Below, piece by piece: positions 9,128 through 18,470 of a stretch of DNA of 34,755 bases. Position numbers and translations under genes: made by a program. The stretch is from Bacteroidota bacterium (GTDB lineage Bacteria; Bacteroidota; Bacteroidia; Bacteroidales; JAIFNC01). The notes under the pieces are model-generated. The model searched no databases and was not told where the DNA came from. It saw only the letters and a list, made by a program, of their open reading frames with translations. The number at the start of each line of letters is the position of its first letter. Position 1 is the first letter of the stretch. The DNA lies in contig JAIFNC010000284.1 in the NCBI GenBank assembly GCA_020047935.1, positions 1 to 34,755 of the forward strand, written 5' to 3'.

Positions 9128-9517
9128 CTAATTATCTTCGTCAATAATTTCAATCATTTTAAAAGGTATTTTTAAAATCGACTGATAGTCTTCGCCGGCT
9201 TCCAGCATATCTTCGTCGTCTTCTTCGTAATACCAATTAATAAGCACACTTTCGGTTGAGCGCTGTACTGCTTCCAATTTTTTGAAAACATCCAATATAC
9301 ATTTCGACGAACTTGTATTGAAGTATTCTAACTGAATTTTAACCGTTGTTTTAGAGGCTGGAGTAGCAGCATACTTATCTAACCAATCGACAAGCGGTTT
9401 ATAAAATTCAATTGAATTTTCCGGTATCGAACGTCCTTTTATTTCAATTAGACCTTCTTCGGCATTGAAATTAACTGTTGGGGTTTTACCCGTTCCTTTT
9501 AATGCAATAGATTCCAT
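9128..9517 (-). CDS. siaC: SiaC family regulatory phosphoprotein (DUF1987), copy 1
   Basis: TP.V.F, GRSIPEN..EFY.P, YFNTSSSK (Thr68) and WYYEEDDEDMLEAGEDY. Confidence 0.9.
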   Translation of the reverse strand: MESIALKGTGKTPTVNFNAEEGLIEIKGRSIPENSIEFYKPLVDWLDKYAATPASKTTVKIQLEYFNTSSSKCILDVFKKLEAVQRSTESVLINWYYEEDDEDMLEAGEDYQSILKIPFKMIEIIDEDN

Positions 9518-9533
9518 TTTTCGATGTTAATTT

Positions 9534-10079
9534 TTAAGTTACTACAGCTTCCAAACAAAAAAAGCAATAATCATTTTTCATCGGATTAAAAGAATAGTTA
9601 AGCTTGTTTCCGGTTCGCTTTGCTATGTCTATAATGCCTAATCCGCCGCCGCCTTTTTCTGAAAACTCTTCGTTACCAAGTATTATTCTGTATAGTTCTT
9701 TTAATTCTTCAGTCGATAAAAAGTTTATTTGGTCTATTCTATCGCGAAGTACTTTTATTCGATTATTTTTAATAAAGTTACCTGTTGAAAGCAAATAGCC
9801 CGTTTCTAATTTTCGAATTACAAATATAATAAATTTTCCGCCATTTTCCGCTGTATTTCCCGGGGTTAAATCTACGTGGTGAAATAAGTTTTGAATAGCT
9901 TCTACCGATATATTGTACAATTTTTTCGAAACCCCCGGTTTCTCATCAATAACGTGCAATTGGTGCTCAATGGTATTAAGAACCTGATCTATAACGTTGG
10001 ATGAAATATCGCCTTTGTAGCTAAATATCACATTGCCTTTTATCTGTTCGTCGTACCACACATTGATATCGAATTCCAT
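9534..10079 (-). CDS. siaB: SiaB family GHKL-type Ser/Thr protein kinase (DUF6272-like)
   Basis: N-box EAIQNLFHH, TGNFI, G-box EKGGGGLGIIDIAKRTG, and position directly upstream of siaC. ATG 10079 is preferred because the GTG at 10106 overlaps the promoter. Confidence 0.85.
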   Translation of the reverse strand: MEFDINVWYDEQIKGNVIFSYKGDISSNVIDQVLNTIEHQLHVIDEKPGVSKKLYNISVEAIQNLFHHVDLTPGNTAENGGKFIIFVIRKLETGYLLSTGNFIKNNRIKVLRDRIDQINFLSTEELKELYRIILGNEEFSEKGGGGLGIIDIAKRTGNKLNYSFNPMKNDYCFFCLEAVVT

Positions 10080-10105
10080 TGAATTTTTCTGTTTAATCCT
10101 TTGCA

Positions 10106-10113
10106 CAAATATA
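10106..10113 (-). promoter_or_regulatory. Bacteroidota sigma-A -7 element for siaBC
   Basis: TATATTTG on the minus strand, 27 nt upstream of ATG 10079. Confidence 0.6.
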
Positions 10114-10158
10114 AGCTTTTTTTTATATAAAACCTAAAAGTACAATATTTGCGCCAAA

Positions 10159-11316
10159 TTAATTTTCGGAAGTTTTGTATTCTTTATGAGAACCTTTAAA
10201 AACACGAAATTCACGGAACTTGCATTCTATTTTGCCGTTCAGTAAACTGTAGGTTTTGGTGTGTTTTAGTTCTAAATGCTTAAATGCATACTCGTTACCC
10301 GACAAAATCCAAGCGGTATAATTGGTATATTTATGTTTTAATGTATCGCCTATTTCTTTGTACAATGCGTTTATGTCGTCGGTCGTAATTCGCTCGCCAT
10401 AAGGCGGATTGGTAATTATAAAGCCGTTTTCGGTGGGTGCTGTGGTATTTTCGAATTTTTCTTTTTTAATTTCTATTCGTTTGCTAAAACTTGCGTTGGC
10501 AATGTTTACTTTTGTTGCTTGCAATGCCTTGCTGTCCGAATCGGACCCAAAAATCATTATATTACCGTCGTATTTAATTTCGTTTTCTTGCGCGTGGTCC
10601 AACACTTTTTCCCAAATATCTTTGTCAAAGGTTATCCATCGTTCAAAACCAAATTCGGGGCGGTATATTCCGGGCGCAATATTATATGCCATCATGGCAG
10701 CTTCAATAAGCAAAGTGCCCGAACCGCACATAGGGTCGTAAAGCGGAGTTTTTTTGTCCCAGCCCGAAAGCGACAACATGCCGGCAGCAAGTACTTCATT
10801 GAGCGGTGCGGCAAATGCATCGGTACGGTAACCGCGTCGGTTAAGCGATTCGCCTGAACTGTCGAGCGATACGGTACAAACATTTTCGGCTATGTGCACA
10901 TTTATTCGTACATCGGGGTGTTTGATATCTACATTGGGGCGTATACGATGAATTTCGCGCATTTTATCAACAATGGCATCTTTGGTTTTAAGTGCCACAT
11001 AACCCGAATGATTAAAAAGTTTCGAAAAAACAATACTGTCAACCGAGATTGTCTGCAATCGGCCAATATAATCTTGCCAATTCATGGCAAAAAGTTTTTT
11101 GTATAAGTCTTCAACGCCCGAAATTTTAAATGTTTCGAGTTCTACCAAAACACGTATTGCGGTTCGCAAATTTAAATTCGCTTTGTACATTATTTCGGTA
11201 TCGCCTTCAAATGAAACGGCTCGGTTTAACTGCGTTACATTCGATGCGCCAATAGCATTTATTTCTTCTGCCAACACATTTTCAAGACCCAAAAGGGTTT
11301 TTGCCAACAACTTCAT
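10159..11316 (-). CDS. rlmL: THUMP-domain class I SAM-dependent rRNA methyltransferase (RlmL/YpsC-like)
   Basis: GLE.VLAEE, SLDSSGESL.RRGYR, APLNEVLAA, DPMCGSGT and NPPYGER. Confidence 0.88.
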   Translation of the reverse strand: MKLLAKTLLGLENVLAEEINAIGASNVTQLNRAVSFEGDTEIMYKANLNLRTAIRVLVELETFKISGVEDLYKKLFAMNWQDYIGRLQTISVDSIVFSKLFNHSGYVALKTKDAIVDKMREIHRIRPNVDIKHPDVRINVHIAENVCTVSLDSSGESLNRRGYRTDAFAAPLNEVLAAGMLSLSGWDKKTPLYDPMCGSGTLLIEAAMMAYNIAPGIYRPEFGFERWITFDKDIWEKVLDHAQENEIKYDGNIMIFGSDSDSKALQATKVNIANASFSKRIEIKKEKFENTTAPTENGFIITNPPYGERITTDDINALYKEIGDTLKHKYTNYTAWILSGNEYAFKHLELKHTKTYSLLNGKIECKFREFRVFKGSHKEYKTSEN

Positions 11317-11434
11317 ATTCGGGAATTTGGTTACTTTCTTGCAATTAGAATAATGAAAAACCCTAATTGTTTTGCAAACTTTACCAATTGGTTAGAACAA
11401 AACAAGTAGGAATAAATTTTCTTTTTCAGAAATG

Positions 11435-11442
11435 CAAAAGTA
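11435..11442 (-). promoter_or_regulatory. Putative -7 promoter element for the methyltransferase gene
   Basis: TACTTTTG on the minus strand in the intergenic region. Confidence 0.5.
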
Positions 11443-11492
11443 CAGTTTTAAAACGGAAAAACCTTAATTTCATTCGTAAATACTTGATTTTC

Positions 11493-12515
11493 TTATTTGA
11501 AAATTTCCGCAAGTTTTTTATCCAGTTCTTCGCCTCTTAGTCCTACGGCTAAAACATTGCCTTGCGGGTCGATGAGCACCGTGAATGGAATGCCTTCAAT
11601 TTGGTATTTTTCAACTACTTCCGAGTCCCAATATTTTAAATCGCTTACATGTATCCACGCTAATTTATCGGCAATAATGGCATTTTTCCAAGCTGCTTCT
11701 TCGCGGTCCAGCGAAACACCAAAAATTTCAAATCCTTTCGATTTGTATTTTTGATACAAAGCTACCAAATTTGGCGCTTCCTTTCGGCATGGTCCGCACC
11801 ACGATGCCCAAAAATCGATAAGTACGTATTTGCCTTTAAGCGATGAAAGCTTAACTTCCGTTTTGCTTGTATCGAGCAAAGCAATTTCCGGGGCAGGGGT
11901 ACCGGGGCTTAAAAAACTTGTTTTATCGAGTTTCGAATTTAATTCCATAACCAGCATATTATCGGAATACTTGGGGCTCAGGCTTGCCGAAAGTTTTTTC
12001 AACAATTCGGCATCGGTTTCCGGATTTAATTGGTCGATAAAAAATAAAGCACTAAGCGAATTGAGGTTGCCCGACAAGGTAGTTCGCAAATAGTTTTGTT
12101 TTTCGGTTTCAATCTGCTTTTGTAATTGTTCGAGTTTTTCCGAATATTTATCGAGTTCCGAAAAGGTTTTATAAATAAACTGAGTACCCGGCGAACCCTT
12201 AACGGTTGGTTTGTAAATGGCATTGGCATCGGCTGCAATTTCAAGTTGCTCTCCAATTTCCGGAACTATTATTAAATATAAATCTTCGGTAAAGCGAACC
12301 CTGAAATAGTCCGATTTATCTATTTTAAATTCAACTTTGAACTCGCCTTTGTCGTTAATAGGTGCTTTTGCATGCTCAAAGCCGGAAATTACGTGGTCTA
12401 TAACTACTTCTGTAAAACTTCCGCCGGTTATGGTACCTTTAATTTTTACATTTGCTTGGCTATATGCAAGTGTGGCAAGCAATGCTACGGCAATGCCGGT
12501 AAACAATTTTTTCAT
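11493..12515 (-). CDS. TlpA/ResA-family thiol-disulfide oxidoreductase with DUF4369-like N-terminus
   Basis: Signal peptide; LIDFWASWCGPCRKE, IFGVSLD and GIPFTVLID. Confidence 0.92.
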   Translation of the reverse strand: MKKLFTGIAVALLATLAYSQANVKIKGTITGGSFTEVVIDHVISGFEHAKAPINDKGEFKVEFKIDKSDYFRVRFTEDLYLIIVPEIGEQLEIAADANAIYKPTVKGSPGTQFIYKTFSELDKYSEKLEQLQKQIETEKQNYLRTTLSGNLNSLSALFFIDQLNPETDAELLKKLSASLSPKYSDNMLVMELNSKLDKTSFLSPGTPAPEIALLDTSKTEVKLSSLKGKYVLIDFWASWCGPCRKEAPNLVALYQKYKSKGFEIFGVSLDREEAAWKNAIIADKLAWIHVSDLKYWDSEVVEKYQIEGIPFTVLIDPQGNVLAVGLRGEELDKKLAEIFK

Positions 12516-12626
12516 TCGGGTCGTAATTAATTTGTAAAAAGTGTATAACCAATATTAGCTTATAACGAAATTGATGCTTGTTTAGTATAGCTGCCGCAAA
12601 ATTGTACTGTATGCTTGTAATAAATA

Positions 12627-12875
12627 CTAAAATGGCAATTTCGATTGGTATACTTTGTATTTAAGATAACTGCTAAGTTGTTCTTGAAGAATTAGTTGAT
12701 TTGCTAAACGACAATAACCGATTGAATAAAACTCCCGACCGTTATAAAACAAGTGGTAACCGTCTGCGAATACACTTTCTTGTATGGCAAATGCTTTGTG
12801 CGGTTCTTTTTTTAGTCTGTATTGAATTCTTTTTTTGAAGCTTTCGTTGTCGTCTCTTAACTGCTTAATTGCCAT
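12627..12875 (-). CDS. Small hypothetical protein (82 aa)
   Basis: ATG-started ORF filling an otherwise empty intergenic gap in the same orientation as its neighbours; no recognisable motif. Confidence 0.45.
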   Translation of the reverse strand: MAIKQLRDDNESFKKRIQYRLKKEPHKAFAIQESVFADGYHLFYNGREFYSIGYCRLANQLILQEQLSSYLKYKVYQSKLPF

Positions 12876-13091
12876 AGCGTTTTAAATTTTGTTTTGGCAT
12901 TTTTAGTGCAAAGCCTTAATTTTACTACCTTATATAGGCATTTTCATTTGCAATTGTACAAAAAATACTACAAATTCTAAAGAAAACACCGGTAAAAAGT
13001 TGAAAAGTTATTAACAAATTTTGCTATGCTATTTAAATTCAATAATTTATTATTTCAATAAAGAAACGAGGCTTTTTCCGGTTGGTGTTAG

Positions 13092-14114
13092 CTAAAAAAT
13101 GAAATTAAAGATAAAGCCTACCATTAAAATTCCGGTGGCTACAATTCCAACAAAGGTAAAAATTAAAGGCATTTTTAGCACTTTCTTCAGAATAATAATT
13201 TCGGGCAACGATAAGCCTATGGTGGACATCATAAACGCCAATGCGGTGCCCAACGGAACGCCTTTTTCAATTAAAACGCTTACAATTGGAATAATTCCGG
13301 CGGCGTTGGAATAGAGCGGAACCCCAATTAATACCGACAACGGAACCGAATACCAATTGGCTTTGTCCATAATCGAAACCATAAAGTTTTCGGGTACAAA
13401 ACCGTGCATTCCTGCGCCAATGCCTACCCCAATGGTTATGTAAATCCATACTTTACCAACAATTTCTTTTACTGCAATAAATCCGAATTGTATGCGATTT
13501 TCTATGGTCAGCTTCTCTTCAATTGCTTCGTTTTTTCCGAAGCGGGTTTTGTAAACCCAATCGGCAACCCACTTTTCAAGTTTTAGTCTTCCGATTAGCC
13601 AACCCGAAAATATGGCAATTATTAAACCGGTGGAAACGTAAATTGCGGCAACCTTCCAACCGAACATGCCGAATAGCAGTATGATAGCCACTTCGTTTAT
13701 CATTGGGGCGGCAATTAAAAACGAAAATGTTACGCCCAACGGAACACCGCTTTCAACAAAACCTAAGAATAAGGGTATGGCAGAGCACGAACAAAACGGG
13801 GTTACTATACCCAGCAAGCTTGCCAAAACATTTCCGGTAAATAACGACTTGCCTTCGAGTGCTTTGCGGGTGCGTTCGGGGGTAAAATAGGTGCGAATTA
13901 TTCCTACAAAGAAAATTATTAGCGCAAGCAACAACAGCACTTTCGGAACTTCAAAAATAAAAAATCGGACGCTTTCGGTAAAATGTGCGCCTTGTTCCAT
14001 TTTTAGCACCTTATCTATCAGCAAATCGGTTAATAACTGAAGATTTTTATAAATCAAAAACCAAATTGGCAGTAGTATTGCCGGTATTAAAAAGGCTTTT
14101 TGTTTAGCATTCAT
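13092..14114 (-). CDS. ArsP/DUF318 family permease
   Basis: Multi-TM protein with TPFCSCSAIPLF, FSFLIAAPMINE, GVPLYSN and GLSLPE motifs. Confidence 0.88.
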   Translation of the reverse strand: MNAKQKAFLIPAILLPIWFLIYKNLQLLTDLLIDKVLKMEQGAHFTESVRFFIFEVPKVLLLLALIIFFVGIIRTYFTPERTRKALEGKSLFTGNVLASLLGIVTPFCSCSAIPLFLGFVESGVPLGVTFSFLIAAPMINEVAIILLFGMFGWKVAAIYVSTGLIIAIFSGWLIGRLKLEKWVADWVYKTRFGKNEAIEEKLTIENRIQFGFIAVKEIVGKVWIYITIGVGIGAGMHGFVPENFMVSIMDKANWYSVPLSVLIGVPLYSNAAGIIPIVSVLIEKGVPLGTALAFMMSTIGLSLPEIIILKKVLKMPLIFTFVGIVATGILMVGFIFNFIF

Positions 14115-14174
14115 GGTAATTTTGTTTAATTTTTTATTTGTTGTAAGGTAATTAATCAGAAATAAAAAGTTGAA

Positions 14175-14681
14175 TTATTCTGAGTTTATAGTATTTTTCA
14201 ATAGTTCTTTTTCCAAATCGTAGGCAGATAAAAAACCGGTATGCCTAAAAAATTCTTTGCCGGTTTTATTTAGCAATATTTGAGTTGGAATAGCAGAAAT
14301 TCCATAATACTTAGCAAAATCGACATTTTCGGGCAGAGTAACGTTTATAAACAGTACATTTACCTTGTCCGAATAATTTGCAGTTATTTCTTCCAACACT
14401 TTTTCCATACGTTTGCAGGCAGCACAGTTCAGTGCGCCAAATTCCAAAAACGTGGTTTCGTATTGTTGTCCGTTTTTGATATAATTGAATTGCTTTTGAA
14501 TGTTATTTTCAACCTTGTTTTTCGTTTCGCCGGTAGTTTGTTGTTGTATAAGTTTTGAAGAATAGGCAGTTAGCCGGTTTTTAAAAACAAACAGCGAAAC
14601 AATAAAGGCAAGCGAAAACACGAGAAAAAATATTGAAAAAGCAAGACTAATCTTGCTTTTTTTGGGTTCCTGCTTGGTCAT
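14175..14681 (-). CDS. Membrane-anchored thioredoxin-family protein
   Basis: N-terminal TM helix, EFGALNCAACKRME (CxxC), cis-Pro IPTQ and GKEFFRHTGF. Confidence 0.85.
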   Translation of the reverse strand: MTKQEPKKSKISLAFSIFFLVFSLAFIVSLFVFKNRLTAYSSKLIQQQTTGETKNKVENNIQKQFNYIKNGQQYETTFLEFGALNCAACKRMEKVLEEITANYSDKVNVLFINVTLPENVDFAKYYGISAIPTQILLNKTGKEFFRHTGFLSAYDLEKELLKNTINSE

Positions 14682-14690
14682 TTCTGCAAT

Positions 14691-15452
14691 TTAGGGTTTA
14701 ATTTTTTCGAACAAACCCATTAGTTTGGTTTGCAGTATGTTTTTAATTTCCTGTTCGTGCTCGCTTATAGGTTTCACCGGAATTAAATCGGTAACTTCCG
14801 CCGGTTGCAAATTGGAACTAAACGCTGTATGTATAGCCCCCAATAAACTATGGGCAACAGTTTCTTTGCTTTCGGCTTCGGTTAGCCCCATTTGTTTGCC
14901 AATTTCGACCATTTCGAACCACTGAAACCAAAAATACGTAGGCAACATTGCCGATGCAATGGCGTAGGCTTCCAGCTTATTTTCGGCAGTTTCAAAAGTT
15001 TTACCTAAAGTGCCCAAAATAGAAATTAACTCGTCTTTTTGCTCAAAACCTTCGGCAAAACTTATTGGGTTATAGCCTTGGTTTATAAACGATGTAGCGT
15101 TGGGTATTAAGCGAGCAACTTTTTTGGTACCGAGTGTGGTGCTTATTTTTTCGATATTAATTTTGGGTGCCAACGAAACAAAGGTACTTTCCGGACGAAC
15201 AAAAGGCTGAATTTTGCCCAACGTTTCCATCATTACCGGCGGATGAAGGGCTATAAAAACAAGTCCCTGTTCGGATACCGTTTTTAAATCGGTAACGGTA
15301 ATTTCCGGAAACAAGGTTTTAAGGTTTTCTGTTACTTGGTTGTTGGTATCAAACACCGAAACATTTGCCAACGAAATGTGCTTGTTTTGAAAAGCTTGCA
15401 AAAATATTTTGGTTATTCTGCCGGCACCGATAAAGCTGATGGTATTTTTCAT
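14691..15452 (-). CDS. Pyrroline-5-carboxylate-reductase-like NAD(P)-binding oxidoreductase (divergent)
   Basis: Rossmann ISFIGAGRIT, RLIPNA and a helical dimerisation-type C-terminus. Canonical ProC SGSGPA and SPGGTT motifs are absent. Confidence 0.78.
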   Translation of the reverse strand: MKNTISFIGAGRITKIFLQAFQNKHISLANVSVFDTNNQVTENLKTLFPEITVTDLKTVSEQGLVFIALHPPVMMETLGKIQPFVRPESTFVSLAPKINIEKISTTLGTKKVARLIPNATSFINQGYNPISFAEGFEQKDELISILGTLGKTFETAENKLEAYAIASAMLPTYFWFQWFEMVEIGKQMGLTEAESKETVAHSLLGAIHTAFSSNLQPAEVTDLIPVKPISEHEQEIKNILQTKLMGLFEKIKP

Positions 15453-15526
15453 TTGTGTAAATTATTTGGATATTAAACTTGGTTCTTTACTGTCAATTTT
15501 TGTTTTTATTAAATTTTCTATTTGTT

Positions 15527-15546
15527 ATTTTGTTAAATATCGAAAT
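15527..15546. promoter_or_regulatory. Degenerate second copy of the operator-like palindrome (ArsR/SmtB-type suspected)
   Basis: ATTTTGTTAAATATCGAAAT matches the palindrome at 16708 at 16/20 positions and lies ~75 nt upstream of the P5CR-like start. Confidence 0.5.
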
Positions 15547-15606
15547 AGAATAATAAAAAAAATGTATATCCGTAATCACTGACGGTTATGTTTTGTTCTT
15601 ACTAGT

Positions 15607-15752
15607 ATTGACCCCCAACCCCCTGAAAGTGGGCTTTTTAGAGCAGTTTAAATTTTCAATATTCATCTTCAATTTGACACTCTGAATCTATAAATTTGCA
15701 ATAATCTTAGTGAATGTTCGAAAAAGCCCCTCTCAGGGGGTTGGGGGTCGAT
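15607..15752. repeat. REP doublet / REPIN-like GC-rich inverted repeat
   Basis: Arms ATTGACCCCCAACCCCCTGAAAGTGGGCTTTTTAGAGCA and TGTTCGAAAAAGCCCCTCTCAGGGGGTTGGGGGTCGAT (~38 bp, 4 mismatches plus 1 indel) around an AT-rich ~69-nt spacer. Confidence 0.8.
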
Positions 15753-15838
15753 TTGACACATTTCAGGAAAGAGTTCTGCCATATGCTTGTCATTATTTAA
15801 AAACAATTTGAGCCATAGCGAATACACATTAAAAAAAA

Positions 15839-16558
15839 TTAGTTCAGTAAAAGCTTCTGAATATAGAAAATATACACATAATACAAGCCCACCAAAATAA
15901 ATATTGCAGCTACCACGCGGTTAAACCATTTTTGAAACACTTGTATTTTGTTGTAGAAACCGCCAATGCTCGACACACTGAATGCCAACAGATAGGCAAT
16001 TATGATTACAGGTAAGCCGGTTGCAAAGGCAAAAGCAATGGGTAAATATAAGCCCGAAGCACTTGCAATGGTTAGCGGAATTAGCATTCCGAAAAACAAC
16101 ACACCACCGTATGGGCAAAATGCCAGCGCAAACAACATTCCCAGCAGCAGGGCACTTAAACTGCTTCCGTTCTTGGATTTTATTTGCATTTTTTCGGTTA
16201 GCTTATTAAACGACGGAAAATTGATTGTAAAAATATCGAGCATAAAAATGCCAATTATAATGAGCAGCGGGCCTAATATTTTTTCGCCGTTTGCCTGAAA
16301 AAGCTTGGCAACTTCGAATTTACTTGCCCCGAAATACAAAATTAGCCCCAATGAAGTGTACGAAATAGCCCTTCCTAAGGTATAAATAATTCCGTTCAGG
16401 AAAATTTTGCGTTTATTGGTCAGTTCTTTGCTAATGTAGGCAATAGCGGTAATGTTGGTAGCTAAAGTACATGGGCTAATGGAGGACATTAAGCCTAAGA
16501 TAAATGCGTATAATAGCGGAGCTTGTGCGCCGTCGGCCAGGTTTTGTAATAATTCCAT
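15839..16558 (-). CDS. ArsG-family / CcdA-DsbD-like transmembrane protein
   Basis: About six TM helices with ISPCTLATNITAIAYISK, YTLGR and AFCPYGGVLFFGMLIP (two membrane Cys adjacent to Pro). Confidence 0.82.
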   Translation of the reverse strand: MELLQNLADGAQAPLLYAFILGLMSSISPCTLATNITAIAYISKELTNKRKIFLNGIIYTLGRAISYTSLGLILYFGASKFEVAKLFQANGEKILGPLLIIIGIFMLDIFTINFPSFNKLTEKMQIKSKNGSSLSALLLGMLFALAFCPYGGVLFFGMLIPLTIASASGLYLPIAFAFATGLPVIIIAYLLAFSVSSIGGFYNKIQVFQKWFNRVVAAIFILVGLYYVYIFYIQKLLLN

Positions 16559-16707
16559 TTATTATTTCTTATTTGGTTTTAGCGGTTTTAGTTTTTGATT
16601 AGAAACCTTAGCTGCTTTTGCTAATGTTTTGCATTTTATTCAACTAATTTGAAGTTTTATTGAAATGATTTTCAATATGTTATCGTTTCTGAAATTTTCG
16701 TTTCGAT

Positions 16708-16727
16708 ATTTCGTAAAATTACGAAAT
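16708..16727. promoter_or_regulatory. Perfect 9-2-9 palindrome, likely ArsR/SmtB-type operator
   Basis: ATTTCGTAA-AA-TTACGAAAT, 150 nt upstream of the first gene of the ars-like cluster. Confidence 0.65.
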
Positions 16728-16988
16728 GATTTTGAGGAAAAAAATGCTTTACAACATGTTTTTGTGAAATTTGTTATTGAATTTTTCAAATAAAAATCAG
16801 AAAAAAGAATTTTAATCCGAAAAATATGGCGAATCTGAACAGTAATTTGTTAAATTTCAAGGTATTTTAATTCGTTTAATTAGCTGTATTTATAGTTCGT
16901 TTTTTAATTAAATTAGAGGTGGTGCAGAAAAATAATTTTTATTTTGAATTAATTGATTAAAATCAGCATTAAAACGAATGTTTGTATT

Positions 16989-16996
16989 TATTTTTG
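16989..16996 (+). promoter_or_regulatory. Putative -7 promoter element for glyA
   Basis: TATTTTTG, ~50 nt upstream of ATG 17045. Confidence 0.5.
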
Positions 16997-17044
16997 TGCC
17001 GAAATTTTTAGCATTGAAAAACCAACTAATTCAAAATAAAAAGA

Positions 17045-18325
17045 ATGAAAAGAGACACCGTAATTTTTGATTTAATTCAGCAGGAATACAACAGACAACT
17101 TCATGGAATAGAGCTTATTGCATCGGAAAACTTCGCAAGCCCGCAAGTTATTGAAGCCATGGGGTCGGTTATGAATAATAAATATGCCGAAGGTTACCCC
17201 GGACGTCGTTATTACGGTGGTTGCGAGGTGGTAGATATTTCTGAAAATTTTGCTATCAATCGTTTAAAAGAATTGTTTGGTGCTGCCTATGCAAATGTTC
17301 AACCGCATTCAGGTGCTTCGGCAAATGCTGCCGTATTTTTGGCTTGTATGCGCCCGGGCGACAAATTCATGGGTTTAGACCTTTCACATGGTGGACACCT
17401 TACCCACGGTTCTGCCGTAAATTTTTCGGGTATTTTATACCAACCGGTTGCTTACCAAGTAAATGAGCAAACAGGAAGAGTTGATTACGACGAAATGGAA
17501 AAAATAGCCTTGCGCGAAAAACCTCGAATGATTATTGGTGGAGCTTCAGCTTATTCGCGCGATTGGGACTACAAACGCATGCGCGAAATTGCCGACAAAG
17601 TTGGCGCTATTCTTTTTTTCGATATTGCTCACCCTGCCGGTTTAATAGCTAAAGGCTTGCTTAACAATCCGTTTCCGCATTGTCATATAGTAACTTCAAC
17701 TACGCATAAAACCTTGCGCGGGCCGCGTGGTGGTATTATTATGTTAGGCGAAGATTTCGAAAATCCGTGGGGCTTCAAAACGCCAAAAGGCGAAACCAAA
17801 CTGATGTCGGCTATGCTCGATTCGGCTGTTTTCCCCGGTATGCAAGGCGGACCGCTTGAACATATTATTGCTGCTAAAGCAATTGCTTTTGGCGAAGCGT
17901 TAACCGACGATTTCAAAAACTACCAAATTCAGGTAATGAAAAATGCCAAAATAATGGCAGAACAATTTATAAATCGCGGTTACAAGGTAATTTCAAACGG
18001 CACCGACAATCACTCGATGCTTATCGATTTGCGTACTAAAGTTGCCGATATTCATGGTAAACAAGTAGAACAAACCTTGGTTAAAGCAGATATTACCATT
18101 AATAAAAATATGGTTCCGTTCGATTCGCGTTCGCCGTTTACCACTTCAGGTTTCAGGGTTGGTACACCGGCTGTTACCACACGCGGTTTAACCGAAGTAC
18201 ATATTCCGCAAATTGTTGAGTTCATCGACCGGGTAATTACCAATATTAACGACGAAGCAGCGATTGCTAAAGTTAAAAACGAAGTAAACGAAATGATGAC
18301 GCAATTTCCGCTTTTTGCATGGTAA
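17045..18325 (+). CDS. glyA: Serine hydroxymethyltransferase
   Basis: [39 protein letters not shown]-lysine [12 protein letters not shown] and GTDNH. Confidence 0.98.
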   Translation: MKRDTVIFDLIQQEYNRQLHGIELIASENFASPQVIEAMGSVMNNKYAEGYPGRRYYGGCEVVDISENFAINRLKELFGAAYANVQPHSGASANAAVFLACMRPGDKFMGLDLSHGGHLTHGSAVNFSGILYQPVAYQVNEQTGRVDYDEMEKIALREKPRMIIGGASAYSRDWDYKRMREIADKVGAILFFDIAHPAGLIAKGLLNNPFPHCHIVTSTTHKTLRGPRGGIIMLGEDFENPWGFKTPKGETKLMSAMLDSAVFPGMQGGPLEHIIAAKAIAFGEALTDDFKNYQIQVMKNAKIMAEQFINRGYKVISNGTDNHSMLIDLRTKVADIHGKQVEQTLVKADITINKNMVPFDSRSPFTTSGFRVGTPAVTTRGLTEVHIPQIVEFIDRVITNINDEAAIAKVKNEVNEMMTQFPLFAW

Positions 18326-18356
18326 TTCTTAAATAAATATAAGGATATTTTATTGT

Positions 18357-18400
18357 ATATGCCTGAATACTATTATATTCAGGCATATTAATTTTATTTT
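18357..18400 (+). terminator. Terminator of glyA
   Basis: Perfect 13-bp stem ATATGCCTGAATA / TATTCAGGCATAT followed by a T-rich tract. Confidence 0.7.
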
Positions 18401-18470
18401 TGGTTTATGCTTTTTTTTCGACTTAAAAAATGTAATTTTGTTTCTTTTGTATGGTCGTTAATTTTGAAAA

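Noticed and set aside
10080-10106. Longer GTG start for siaB
   Set aside because: It overlaps the TATATTTG -7 promoter element; ATG 10079 fits better.
12995-13020. DnaA-box-like TTATTAACA
   Set aside because: An isolated imperfect match in AT-rich DNA, with no box cluster or origin-associated genes.
14691-15452. Assigning the symbol proC
   Set aside because: Canonical ProC substrate-binding motifs are missing and the context is an ars-like cluster.
15607-15752. CRISPR-like repeat
   Set aside because: Only two copies, in inverted orientation, and no cas genes; it fits a REP doublet.
16560-17040. Possible arsR pseudogene upstream of the arsG-like gene (a 'TCC' Cys-Cys reading on the minus strand)
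   Set aside because: The frame has no ATG start and no HTH-like or other ArsR similarity.
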